Below, in pieces: positions 45,244-52,885 of a stretch of DNA of 64,000 nt. Location: the NCBI GenBank assembly GCA_049284935.1, contig JBAPYW010000042.1, forward strand, positions 5,199 to 69,198, in the 5' to 3' direction. Below the pieces are notes generated by a model. It was not told where the DNA came from. It saw only the letters and a list, made by a program, of their open reading frames with translations, and searched no databases. A program made the position numbers and the translations under genes. This DNA comes from Xanthobacteraceae bacterium (GTDB lineage Bacteria > Pseudomonadota > Alphaproteobacteria > Rhizobiales > Xanthobacteraceae). Numbering within the stretch: the first letter of the stretch is position 1; each line of letters starts with the position of its first letter.

Positions 45244-46338
45244 ATGAACGAACCTCACCAGCGTATCAGTGCCGCCGTCGCCGCCTTCGCTCGCGGCGAA
45301 ATCGTCATCGTCGCCGATGACGACGATCGCGAGAACGAGGGCGACCTGTTTGTCGCCGCTTCGATGTGCACGCCCGAGAAGATGGCGTTCATTATCCGCC
45401 ACACCTCGGGCATCGTTTGCGCGCCGCTGGCGCAGGACGAAGCTCGGCGGCTCCACCTCGATCCGATGGTGGCGCGCAACGATGCGCCGCTCGGCACCGC
45501 GTTCACCGTTTCGGTCGACGCCCGCCACGGCCTGACCACCGGCATCTCGGCGGAGGAGCGCACCAATACCGTGCGGGCGCTGGCCAACGGCAATATGGGC
45601 GCCGCCGATTTCGTGCGGCCCGGCCATGTGTTTCCGCTGGTGGCCAAGGAGGGTGGCGTGCTGATGCGCTCGGGTCATACCGAGGCCTGCGTCGACCTGT
45701 GCCGGCTCGCCGGACTGTCGCCGGTCGGCGTGCTCGCCGAGCTCATGAACGACGACGGCACTGTCATGCGCGGGCCGGAGCTTGCCGCCTTCGCCGAGCG
45801 CCACCGGCTGCAGCGCATCTCGATCGCGGAGCTGATCGCTTACCGGCAGACGCGCGACAAGCTGATCGAGCGGGTCGGCGAGTTTCCGGTGGAATCCGAG
45901 ATCGGGACGCTCTCCGGCTACGCCTTCCTGACGCCGTTCGATCCGGTCTATCACGCGGCCTTCGTCTACGGCCGCATCGGCGACGGCAAGAACGTACCGA
46001 CGCGGCTGCATCGCGCCAATCTCATCACCGACGTTTTCGGCGGCGCCAAGACGATCCGCCGGACGCTGGCGCGCTTTAAGGCTGAGGGTAGAGGCGTCCT
46101 GGTAGTGCTGCGCGACGGCGCCGCCGGGGTGCCGGTGATCGCCATTCCCAAATCCGATGAAACCGCCTCGGGCGAGGCGCGCAGCAAGCAATGGCGCGAG
46201 GTCGGTCTCGGCGCGCAGATCCTCAAGGACCTCGGCGTCAGCTCGATACGGCTTCTGACCTCCTCGCCGCACATGACCTATGTCGGCCTGTCCGGTTTCG
46301 GCATCGAGATCGCGGCGACGGAGCCAATCGAGGGGTGA
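45244..46338 (+). CDS. ribB: 3,4-dihydroxy-2-butanone-4-phosphate synthase with a GTP-cyclohydrolase-II-like C-terminal domain lacking the zinc-binding cysteines
   Basis: The N-terminal half has DDDDRENEGDLFVAA, HTSGIVCAP, RPGHVFPL and RSGHTEA. The C-terminal half aligns in length with RibA, but I see no CxG...C..C zinc motif. Confidence 0.85.
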   Translation: MNEPHQRISAAVAAFARGEIVIVADDDDRENEGDLFVAASMCTPEKMAFIIRHTSGIVCAPLAQDEARRLHLDPMVARNDAPLGTAFTVSVDARHGLTTGISAEERTNTVRALANGNMGAADFVRPGHVFPLVAKEGGVLMRSGHTEACVDLCRLAGLSPVGVLAELMNDDGTVMRGPELAAFAERHRLQRISIAELIAYRQTRDKLIERVGEFPVESEIGTLSGYAFLTPFDPVYHAAFVYGRIGDGKNVPTRLHRANLITDVFGGAKTIRRTLARFKAEGRGVLVVLRDGAAGVPVIAIPKSDETASGEARSKQWREVGLGAQILKDLGVSSIRLLTSSPHMTYVGLSGFGIEIAATEPIEG

Positions 46339-46385
46339 ACCGCGGCGCGCGGCAGCGCGTCGGCAACGCGAAAACGAGGGGCACA

Positions 46386-46985
46386 ATGAACAAGATGATT
46401 TCCCGCCTTGGCGCCGTGATGACGATCCTGGCGATAGGACTGACGCTCTCGGCCTGCGGCTACAACACCATTCCGACGCTCGAGGAGCAGGCCAAGGCGC
46501 GCTGGGCCGACGTGCAGAACCAGTATCAGCGCCGTGCCGATCTCATTCCCAATCTGGTGGCGACGGTGCAAGGCTACGCCGCGCAGGAAAAGAACGTGCT
46601 CACCGCCGTCATCGAGGCGCGCGCCAAGGCGACGCAGGTCAAGGTCGATGCCTCGCAACTCACTGATCCGGAAAAGCTCAAAGCCTTCCAGGACGCGCAG
46701 AACCAGCTCACGGGCGCGCTCGGCCGCTTGTTGGCGGTCTCGGAAAATTATCCGGATCTGAAATCCAACGCCAATTTCCTGGCGCTGCAGTCGCAGCTCG
46801 AAGGCACCGAGAACCGCATCGCGGTGGCGCGGCGCGACTACATCGAGGCCGTACGCGCCTACAATACGGCACTGCGCACCTTCCCAACCGTCATCTGGGC
46901 GAAGACGGCCTTTTCCGGCAACAAGCCGATGGCGGAATTCACGGCGACTGAAGGCGCGGAAAGGCCGCCGCAGGTGAAGTTCTGA
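46386..46985 (+). CDS. lemA: LemA family protein
   Basis: WADVQNQYQRRADLIPNLV.TV.GYA.QE..VL..V..AR and ENYPDLKSN.NF..LQ.QLEGTENRI.VARRDY are present, with an N-terminal anchor and lipobox-like LSAC. Confidence 0.9.
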   Translation: MNKMISRLGAVMTILAIGLTLSACGYNTIPTLEEQAKARWADVQNQYQRRADLIPNLVATVQGYAAQEKNVLTAVIEARAKATQVKVDASQLTDPEKLKAFQDAQNQLTGALGRLLAVSENYPDLKSNANFLALQSQLEGTENRIAVARRDYIEAVRAYNTALRTFPTVIWAKTAFSGNKPMAEFTATEGAERPPQVKF

Positions 46986-46993
46986 TGTCTCTT

Positions 46994-47064
46994 CGTCATT
47001 GCGAGCCCGAAGGGCGAAGCAATCTAGAGCCGTTCGGGTTGCTTCGTCGCGGAGCCTGTCATCG
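46994..47064. repeat. REP-like hairpin element between lemA and the TPM gene
   Basis: CGTCATTGCGAGCCCGAAGGGCGAAGCAATC...GGTTGCTTCGTC contains the arms GAAGCAA/TTGCTTC. When translated it gives SLRHCEPEGRSNLE, which resembles a short dispersed repeat I remember being common in Bradyrhizobiaceae genomes (not verified). There is only one copy in this window. Confidence 0.35.
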
Positions 47065-47092
47065 GGCCGGCCACTTCTGGCCGGAGGGCGTC

Positions 47093-47866
47093 GTGGCGGT
47101 TCTGGCGTGCGTCGCCGCCCTTATCCTCTGCCTCACACCGGCAGCCTTCGCGCTCGATTTCCCGCCGCTGAGCGGCCGCGTGGTCGATCAGGCGGGTGTC
47201 ATGACGGCGGCGAGCCGCAGCGATGTCGAGATCAAGTCGAAGGAGCTGGAAGACAAATCCGGCATCCAGCTTGTCGTCGCCACGGTGAAATCGCTGCAAG
47301 GCAGCGACATCGAAACCTACGCCAATCAGCTGTTCCGCTTCTGGAAGCTCGGCGAAGCCAAGAACAACAACGGCGTGCTGCTCTTGGTCGCGCCGGCCGA
47401 GCACAAGGTGCGGATCGAGGTCGGCTACGGCCTCGAAGGCACGCTGACCGATGCGCTGTCTTCGGTCATCATCTCGAGCGCGATCGTCCCGCGATTCAAG
47501 GCCAACGATTATTCCGGCGGCATCGAGCGCGGCGTCGACGGCATCATCAGCGTGCTCACCACCGACGCGGCCGAATGGCATCGCAAAGTCAACGTCCGTT
47601 CCGAGGGGTCGTCGGCGACTTTCAACCAGCTGTTTCCGCTGTTGTTCTTCGTGCTGATGCTCTTCATCGTCTGGTACTTGATCAGCCACGCCAACGGCCC
47701 GCCCCCGGCCGGCGGCGGACGCCGGCGCACGGGGTTCGTGCCGTATGGCGGCTACTGGGGTTCATCGGGCTGGGGCGGCGGCGGATTTTCCGGCGGCGGC
47801 TTCGGCGGTGGATTTTCCGGAGGCGGCGGTTCGTCGGGCGGCGGCGGCGCGTCGGGGGGCTGGTGA
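47093..47866 (+). CDS. TPM domain-containing protein (YgcG-like) with Gly-rich C-terminal tail
   Basis: I propose GTG 47093, preceded by GGAGGG, giving the signal peptide VAVLACVAALILCLTPAAFA. The TPM core is GRVVDQAGVM...IQLVVATVKSL.G.DIE.YAN.LF..W.LG...NNGVLLLVA..E.KVRIEVGYGLEG. It ends with a TM segment and a GGGFSGGG tail. The track ATG 46985 reads through the repeat element. Confidence 0.8.
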   Translation: MAVLACVAALILCLTPAAFALDFPPLSGRVVDQAGVMTAASRSDVEIKSKELEDKSGIQLVVATVKSLQGSDIETYANQLFRFWKLGEAKNNNGVLLLVAPAEHKVRIEVGYGLEGTLTDALSSVIISSAIVPRFKANDYSGGIERGVDGIISVLTTDAAEWHRKVNVRSEGSSATFNQLFPLLFFVLMLFIVWYLISHANGPPPAGGGRRRTGFVPYGGYWGSSGWGGGGFSGGGFGGGFSGGGGSSGGGGASGGW

Positions 47867-48474
47867 TGCAGCTGACTCAGGAGGATCGCGCCGCCATCGC
47901 CGCCGCTATTCAGGAGGCGGAGGCTCATAGCAGCGGGCAAATCGTCTGCGTGCTGGCGCATTCCTCCTCGGACTATGCGCATGTGCCGATCCTGTGGGCG
48001 AGCGTGCTGGCGCTCATCACACCATGGCCGCTCGTCGATTTCACTCCGTGGAGCGTGCAGCGGATTTTTTTGATCCAGATCGCGGTGTTCATTGTCGCCG
48101 CGCTGGTTTTTTCCTGGATGCCGCTGCGGCTTCTGCTGGTGCCGCGCGCCGTGCGGCGGGCGCGGGCGCACCGCGCCGCGCTGGAGCAATTCGTCGTGCG
48201 CCGCGTCGCTCATACCAAACAACGCACCGGCGTACTGATCTTCGTGTCGCTGGCGGAGCGCTATGCGCGCATCATCGCCGACGACGGCATCGCCGAGAAG
48301 GTGCAAGGCGCGGAGTGGCAGGCCGCAATCAACGCCCTGACCGGTCACATGCGCGAGGGCCGCATCGCGCAGGGTTTCGTCGCGGCGATCGAACGCTGCG
48401 GAGCCGTGCTTGCGGCGCACGCTCCGCCCGACGGCTCGCCCAACCAATTGCCGGATCGGCTCTATGTGATGTAG
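47866..48474 (+). CDS. TPM domain-containing membrane protein (DUF477-like)
   Basis: The ATG overlaps the upstream stop (TGATG). The segments IAAAIQEAEAHSSGQIVCVLA and RTGVLIFVSLAERYARIIADDGI fit the TPM fold. It completes the conserved lemA-TPM-TPM triad. Confidence 0.8.
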   Translation: MQLTQEDRAAIAAAIQEAEAHSSGQIVCVLAHSSSDYAHVPILWASVLALITPWPLVDFTPWSVQRIFLIQIAVFIVAALVFSWMPLRLLLVPRAVRRARAHRAALEQFVVRRVAHTKQRTGVLIFVSLAERYARIIADDGIAEKVQGAEWQAAINALTGHMREGRIAQGFVAAIERCGAVLAAHAPPDGSPNQLPDRLYVM

Positions 48475-48649
48475 GGCCATGCGGCGACGGCTGAGCGGGC
48501 TGTCGGCGGCGGGTTATATGAGGCGCCATCGTAAAAGTGATCGCCCGCATAGCTGGAATTCAATTTTAGCGGTACTGCGCCGCCGCTACGCTCATAATAC
48601 GATCGACAAGGCGACGTTGATTGCCACATCCGAAAGCCAGGAGGCTCCG

Positions 48650-49402
48650 ATGCCCCAGCATGATTCCATCGACCGTGACCGCCGCGCCGTGCTCGGCGCG
48701 GGCGGCGCCCTGATATTGGCTACAGCGCTGTGGCCGGCGCGCGCGCCGGCGCAAACCAATAACGCCGCCAAGCTGCGCATCGGCGTCATCGGCTCCGGTC
48801 ACATCGGCGGCACGATCGGCGGGTTGTGGGTCAAGGACGGCCACAAAGTGCTGTTCTCCTCGCGCCATCCCGAGGAACTCAAGGACATGGTGTCCGGCCT
48901 CGGCGAGCTGGCGCAAGCCGGCACGGTCGATCAGGCGATCGCCTTCGGCGACGTAATATTCATCGCGGTGCCGTATAAGGCATTGCCGCAGGTCGGCCAG
49001 GATTACGCCGCGGCGCTCAAGGGCAAGATCGTGCTCGACGCCTGTAATGCCACCGCCGCGCGCGACGGTGCCGACTTACGCGATGAAGTCGACAAGAACG
49101 GCATCGGCGTGACCTCGCAGAAATATCTGCCCGGCACGCGGCTGGTGCGCGCCTTCAATACCCTCAACTACAAGATCTTCGCCAGCGAGGCGAACCGCTC
49201 CGATCCGAAGCTGGCGATTCCGATCGCCGGCGACGATGCCGAGGCGGTGAAAGTCGCCGCCGCGCTTGTGCGCGGCGCCGGCTTCGATCCGGTGGTGGTC
49301 GGCAAGCTTGCCGACGCGAGCCGTTTTCAGATGGGCGCAGCGGGTTACGGCCAAGAGGTCACCGCCGCCGAGCTCAAGCAGAAGCTGTCGCTGGCGCCAT
49401 GA
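48650..49402 (+). CDS. Tat-signal NAD(P)-binding oxidoreductase (F420-dependent NADP reductase-like Rossmann protein)
   Basis: ATG 48650 is preceded by AGGAGG. It has a twin-arginine signal (DRDRRAVLGAGGALILATALWPARAPAQ), then the Rossmann motif IGVIGSGHIGGTIG, and a C-terminal region typical of NPD/F420_oxidored family proteins. Confidence 0.8.
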   Translation: MPQHDSIDRDRRAVLGAGGALILATALWPARAPAQTNNAAKLRIGVIGSGHIGGTIGGLWVKDGHKVLFSSRHPEELKDMVSGLGELAQAGTVDQAIAFGDVIFIAVPYKALPQVGQDYAAALKGKIVLDACNATAARDGADLRDEVDKNGIGVTSQKYLPGTRLVRAFNTLNYKIFASEANRSDPKLAIPIAGDDAEAVKVAAALVRGAGFDPVVVGKLADASRFQMGAAGYGQEVTAAELKQKLSLAP

Positions 49403-50706
49403 CGGCGCTGCGGCGCTGGTTCGGCTGGGCGGTACCGGCGACGCCGCAGGAGCGCGCGGCGGCGCTGTGGTCGTTTGCCTATTTCTTCACGCTGCTGGCC
49501 GGATACTACGTGCTGCGGCCGTTGCGCGATCAGATGGGTATCGCCGGCGGCGTGCGGAACCTGCCGTGGCTGTTCACCGCCACGTTCGTGACGCTCATCG
49601 TCGCGCAGCCGCTCTACGGCGCGCTGGTGGCGAAGTTGCCGCGCCGGCGCTTCATCCCCATCGTCTATCACTTCTTCGTCGCCAACATTGCGCTGTTCTG
49701 GCTGTTGTTGACGCTCGGCATCGCGCCGGTGATCGTCGCCCGCGTATTCTTCGTCTGGGTCAGCGTGTTCAACCTGTTCGCGGTCGCGGTGTTCTGGTCG
49801 TTCATGGCCGATCTGTTCACCGCCGAGCAGGGCAAGCGCCTGTTCGGCTTCATCGGCGCCGGCGGCACCGCCGGCGCGCTGCTGGGCCCGATCATCACCA
49901 TCGGACTGTCGGTGCCGCTCGGCCCGGTCAACCTCTTGATCGCGGCGGCGGTGCTGCTGGAACTGGCGGTGTTCTGCGTCTACCGGCTCGAGCGCGCGGC
50001 GACGGTACAAGCCGGCGCGCAAGGCGGCGTCCACGCCGAACCGCGGCGAGTCGGCGGCAGCGCCTTCGCGGCGCTGCCCGAACTGATCCGCTCGCCGTAT
50101 CTGATCGGCGTCGGTGCCTGGGTCAGCCTGTTGTCGTTCTGCGCCACCATCGTCTATTTCGAGCAGGCCCACATCATTTCCGCCACGGTGCACGGCGCTG
50201 GCGCGCAGACGCGCATTTTCGCTAGCATCGATCTGGCGGTCGGCCTGCTCAGCCTGGCGACGCAGATCTTCGCCACCGGCCAAGTGCTTAAGCGGTTCGG
50301 CACCGGCGCCGCGGCCGGCGCGCTGCCGGGAGTCTATGTCATCGGTTTCGCCGCGCTGTTCCTGGCGCCGACGCTGGCCGTCGTGGTGACGCTGCAGGTG
50401 GTGCAGCGCTGGATGAACTTCGCCATCGCCAATCCGGCGCGGCAGGTGTTCTTCACCGTGCTGGCGCGCGAAGAGAAATACAAGGCCAAGAACCTGATCG
50501 ACGTGGTGATCTATCGCGGCTCCGACGCACTATATGGCTGGGTATTCGACAGCCTGCAGGCGCTGGGCTTGAAGCTCGGCGCGATCGCGCTCGTTATGTT
50601 GCCGGTCGCGGCGGGCTGGCTCATTCTGTCCGCCGCTCTGGGACGCACTCAGGAACGCCGCGCCGCGCTCATGGACGCGGTCGCGGTGCAGGGAGAACAG
50701 GCATGA
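49399..50706 (+). CDS. MFS-type transporter resembling the ATP/ADP translocase (Tlc/NTT, COG3202) family
   Basis: 435-aa polytopic ORF. The N-terminal FAYFFTLLAGYYVLRPLRDQMGI and LFAVAVFWSFMADLFT..QGKRLFGFIGAGGTAG resemble the F..F.Y..LR..KD.L and FW.FAN motifs of Tlc/Npt transporters. ATGA overlaps occur at both ends. Confidence 0.75.
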   Translation: MTALRRWFGWAVPATPQERAAALWSFAYFFTLLAGYYVLRPLRDQMGIAGGVRNLPWLFTATFVTLIVAQPLYGALVAKLPRRRFIPIVYHFFVANIALFWLLLTLGIAPVIVARVFFVWVSVFNLFAVAVFWSFMADLFTAEQGKRLFGFIGAGGTAGALLGPIITIGLSVPLGPVNLLIAAAVLLELAVFCVYRLERAATVQAGAQGGVHAEPRRVGGSAFAALPELIRSPYLIGVGAWVSLLSFCATIVYFEQAHIISATVHGAGAQTRIFASIDLAVGLLSLATQIFATGQVLKRFGTGAAAGALPGVYVIGFAALFLAPTLAVVVTLQVVQRWMNFAIANPARQVFFTVLAREEKYKAKNLIDVVIYRGSDALYGWVFDSLQALGLKLGAIALVMLPVAAGWLILSAALGRTQERRAALMDAVAVQGEQA

Positions 50707-51596
50707 CAATCCGCATGACGCGACGTGAATTCGCCATAGCAACCGGAGCGGCGGTGCTGGCGCCGCCGGCGTTGGCGCAGAGCGACGCACTGTTGACGCG
50801 CGCTATTCCGAGTAGCGGCGAGCGCCTCCCGGCGGTCGGCCTCGGCACCGCGCAAGTGTTCAACACCAACGACGAGGCGACGCGGCAGAAGGCGGCTGCC
50901 GTGCTGCGGGCGCTGATCGCCGGCAACGGCCGGCTGGTCGACACGTCATCGGTCTATGGCGATGCCGAGGCCGTGCTCGGCGACGTGATTGCGGCCGGCG
51001 GCTTGCGCGGCAAGCTCTTCATCGCGACCAAGCTCGAGGCGCCCGACGCCGCGGAGCTCAAGCGCTCGCTGGCGCGATTGAAAACGGAAAAGCTCGAGCT
51101 GCTGCAGTTTCACAATGTGCGCGATCCGCAGCAATCGCTGGCGCAGTTCAAGGATTGGAAAGCGCAAGGCATCACCCGCTATATCGGCATCACCTCGACG
51201 CGGCACGCCGACTTTGCAGCGGTGGAAGCGGTGCTGGCGCGGGAAAAACCGGATTTCGTGCAAATCGACTATTCGATCGACGATCGCGAGGTTGAGAAGC
51301 GCATCCTGCCGCTTGCCGCCGACGTCAAGGCGGGCGTGCTGACCGCGCTGCCGTTCGGCCGTGCCCGGCTGTTCCGCGCGGTAAAGGGCGTCGCGATTCC
51401 AGACTGGGCGCGGGGTTTCGCCGAGAGCTGGGCGCAGTTTTTCCTCAAATACCTGTTGGCCGACCCACGGGTCACCGCGGTCATTCCCGGTACCGCCGAT
51501 GCGGCACACATGACCGACAACCTCGGCGCCATGCGCGGCCCGCTGCCGGATTCCGACCAGCGCCGGCAAATGGTGGCGTTTATCGAGGCGCTCTAG
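50703..51596 (+). CDS. Tat-signal aldo/keto reductase
   Basis: It has a twin-arginine signal (MTRREFAIATGAAVLAPPALAQS), then an AKR core (LPAVGLGT...VDTSSVYGDAE...LQFHN...VIPGT). Its ATG overlaps the stop of the transporter gene (ATGA). Confidence 0.85.
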   Translation: MTIRMTRREFAIATGAAVLAPPALAQSDALLTRAIPSSGERLPAVGLGTAQVFNTNDEATRQKAAAVLRALIAGNGRLVDTSSVYGDAEAVLGDVIAAGGLRGKLFIATKLEAPDAAELKRSLARLKTEKLELLQFHNVRDPQQSLAQFKDWKAQGITRYIGITSTRHADFAAVEAVLAREKPDFVQIDYSIDDREVEKRILPLAADVKAGVLTALPFGRARLFRAVKGVAIPDWARGFAESWAQFFLKYLLADPRVTAVIPGTADAAHMTDNLGAMRGPLPDSDQRRQMVAFIEAL

Positions 51597-51622
51597 CCGA
51601 TTGGCGGCGCAAGTTGTTCATC

Positions 51623-51643
51623 GGGCCGGAAAGTTTCCGGCCC
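51623..51643. terminator. GC-rich hairpin between convergent genes
   Basis: GGGCCGGAAA-G-TTTCCGGCCC has perfect 10-bp arms. There is no U-tract on either side, so terminator function is uncertain. Confidence 0.3.
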
Positions 51644-51663
51644 CGCTTCCGGCTCGAGGCCGA

Positions 51664-51957
51664 CTAGAAGGATTGGCGGACGGCCTGCCTGACTGCCGGC
51701 ATTGGTCCGTTGGCTGCCGCACCATCCGCAGCAAGCGCCGCCATCCGGTTGCGATAGTGGTCGAGTACGAACAGCCGGATGGTTGAAGACAGGTTGCCAT
51801 GTTGGCGCCGCGTGTCGACGTCACCGACAAGGTTCGACAACGTTGCCTTTTGATCGTGGGCGATTTCCTTAAGCCCGTTCCAGAATTCATCCTCGAGGCT
51901 GACGCTGGTCTTGTGGCCGGCGATCACGATGGATCGCTTGACGATCGCAGATCGCAT
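51664..51957 (-). CDS. ribbon-helix-helix domain protein (RHH_4-like)
   Basis: ATG 51957 is preceded by GGAGGA. KRSIVIAGHKTSVSLEDEFWNGLKEIA......LSNLV..VD........LSS.IRLFVL matches the small RHH family often misannotated as a sulfotransferase N-terminal domain. Confidence 0.7.
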   Translation of the reverse strand: MRSAIVKRSIVIAGHKTSVSLEDEFWNGLKEIAHDQKATLSNLVGDVDTRRQHGNLSSTIRLFVLDHYRNRMAALAADGAAANGPMPAVRQAVRQSF

Positions 51958-52194
51958 TTCAATTCCTCCGATGAGGCCATGGGCGCGCTGCAAGCTGACG
52001 CTCGGTCTCACAGCCGCCGACTGCTATGACGCTGGCCGCGTGCATTTTCCAACACCGATGCAACCACTGCAGGTTGGCGACGCCAAACCGCGCCCATGTT
52101 GCCGGTCAGTTTCTGAGGTACGATCTTAATGCGACCATCGCCATTACGAAATTGCCATTTATGACATTGATATTTGTGCCGGTAAGACGAGTCG

Positions 52195-52434
52195 TCATAC
52201 CTCAATGATGCGGTCGCGTATCGCGATGGCAACGGCATTGACTCTGTTGACTGCCCCGATCTTGCCAATTGCCGAATGAACATGGGCGTCGACCGTTCGC
52301 TTGGTGATCTGGAGAATCTCGCCGATCTGCCAGGCGGACTTGCCGCGGGCCACCCACTTCAGCACTTTGCACTCGCGCGCCGTGATGGTGTCGGGCTTTT
52401 TTCGCGCCCGACGTGAGCGCTCGATCAAACGCAT
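52195..52434 (-). CDS. small LuxR/GerE-type HTH protein (stand-alone DNA-binding domain)
   Basis: ITARECKVLKWVARGKSAWQIGEILQITKRTVDAHVHSAIGKIGAVNRVNAVAIA is a GerE-type HTH with no receiver or autoinducer-binding domain. I chose ATG 52434. The neighbourhood is AT-richer. Confidence 0.6.
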   Translation of the reverse strand: MRLIERSRRARKKPDTITARECKVLKWVARGKSAWQIGEILQITKRTVDAHVHSAIGKIGAVNRVNAVAIAIRDRIIEV

Positions 52435-52885
52435 GCTCGGCCAGGTCCTGAACAACGATAGAAGAAGAAACAACTAGCGCCAAAGTACTACTACGCATAT
52501 CGAGGCTGAGTGCGGTATTGTAATATGTGACAGAGCGTGAAACGCAGCGACCTGCGGTCGCTGTCGAATTCTCCCAAGGCCGAAGAATTCACCGATGGAG
52601 CAAGCAAACGCCGGCCGCGTCGGTTTTTATCCAGATCAGAACGCTTGTCGTGAAAGCGTGGTTCAATGAACAACTATGGCGAAAAAGCCAAGCAGCGGCT
52701 GGTTGACTTTAGTCTGCCCGCAGACGACGCGCGGCTGAAGCCGACCCGGCATTGAGCTGGGCGCAAATCCTGTGCACCTCTGGTTCGATATCGCAAACAG
52801 CGATAAGCAGCTTTGTGCGCTGGCGCCTGAATGCGGTATAGGCATGCCGTGCGCAGAAGAATAAGCTCGAAGTTCGAAACCAGGG

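Noticed and set aside
47740-47866. A glycine-codon repeat region (GGGFSGGGFGGGFSGGGGSSGGGG) considered as a tandem repeat or CRISPR-like periodicity.
   Set aside because: It is the low-complexity Gly-rich C-terminal tail typical of YgcG-type TPM proteins. It has no spacer and repeat architecture.
46999-48474. A 491-aa ORF spanning both TPM genes.
   Set aside because: Its first part is an Arg-rich alternate frame of the first TPM gene. It becomes meaningful only from ATG 47866, which is the start of the second TPM gene.
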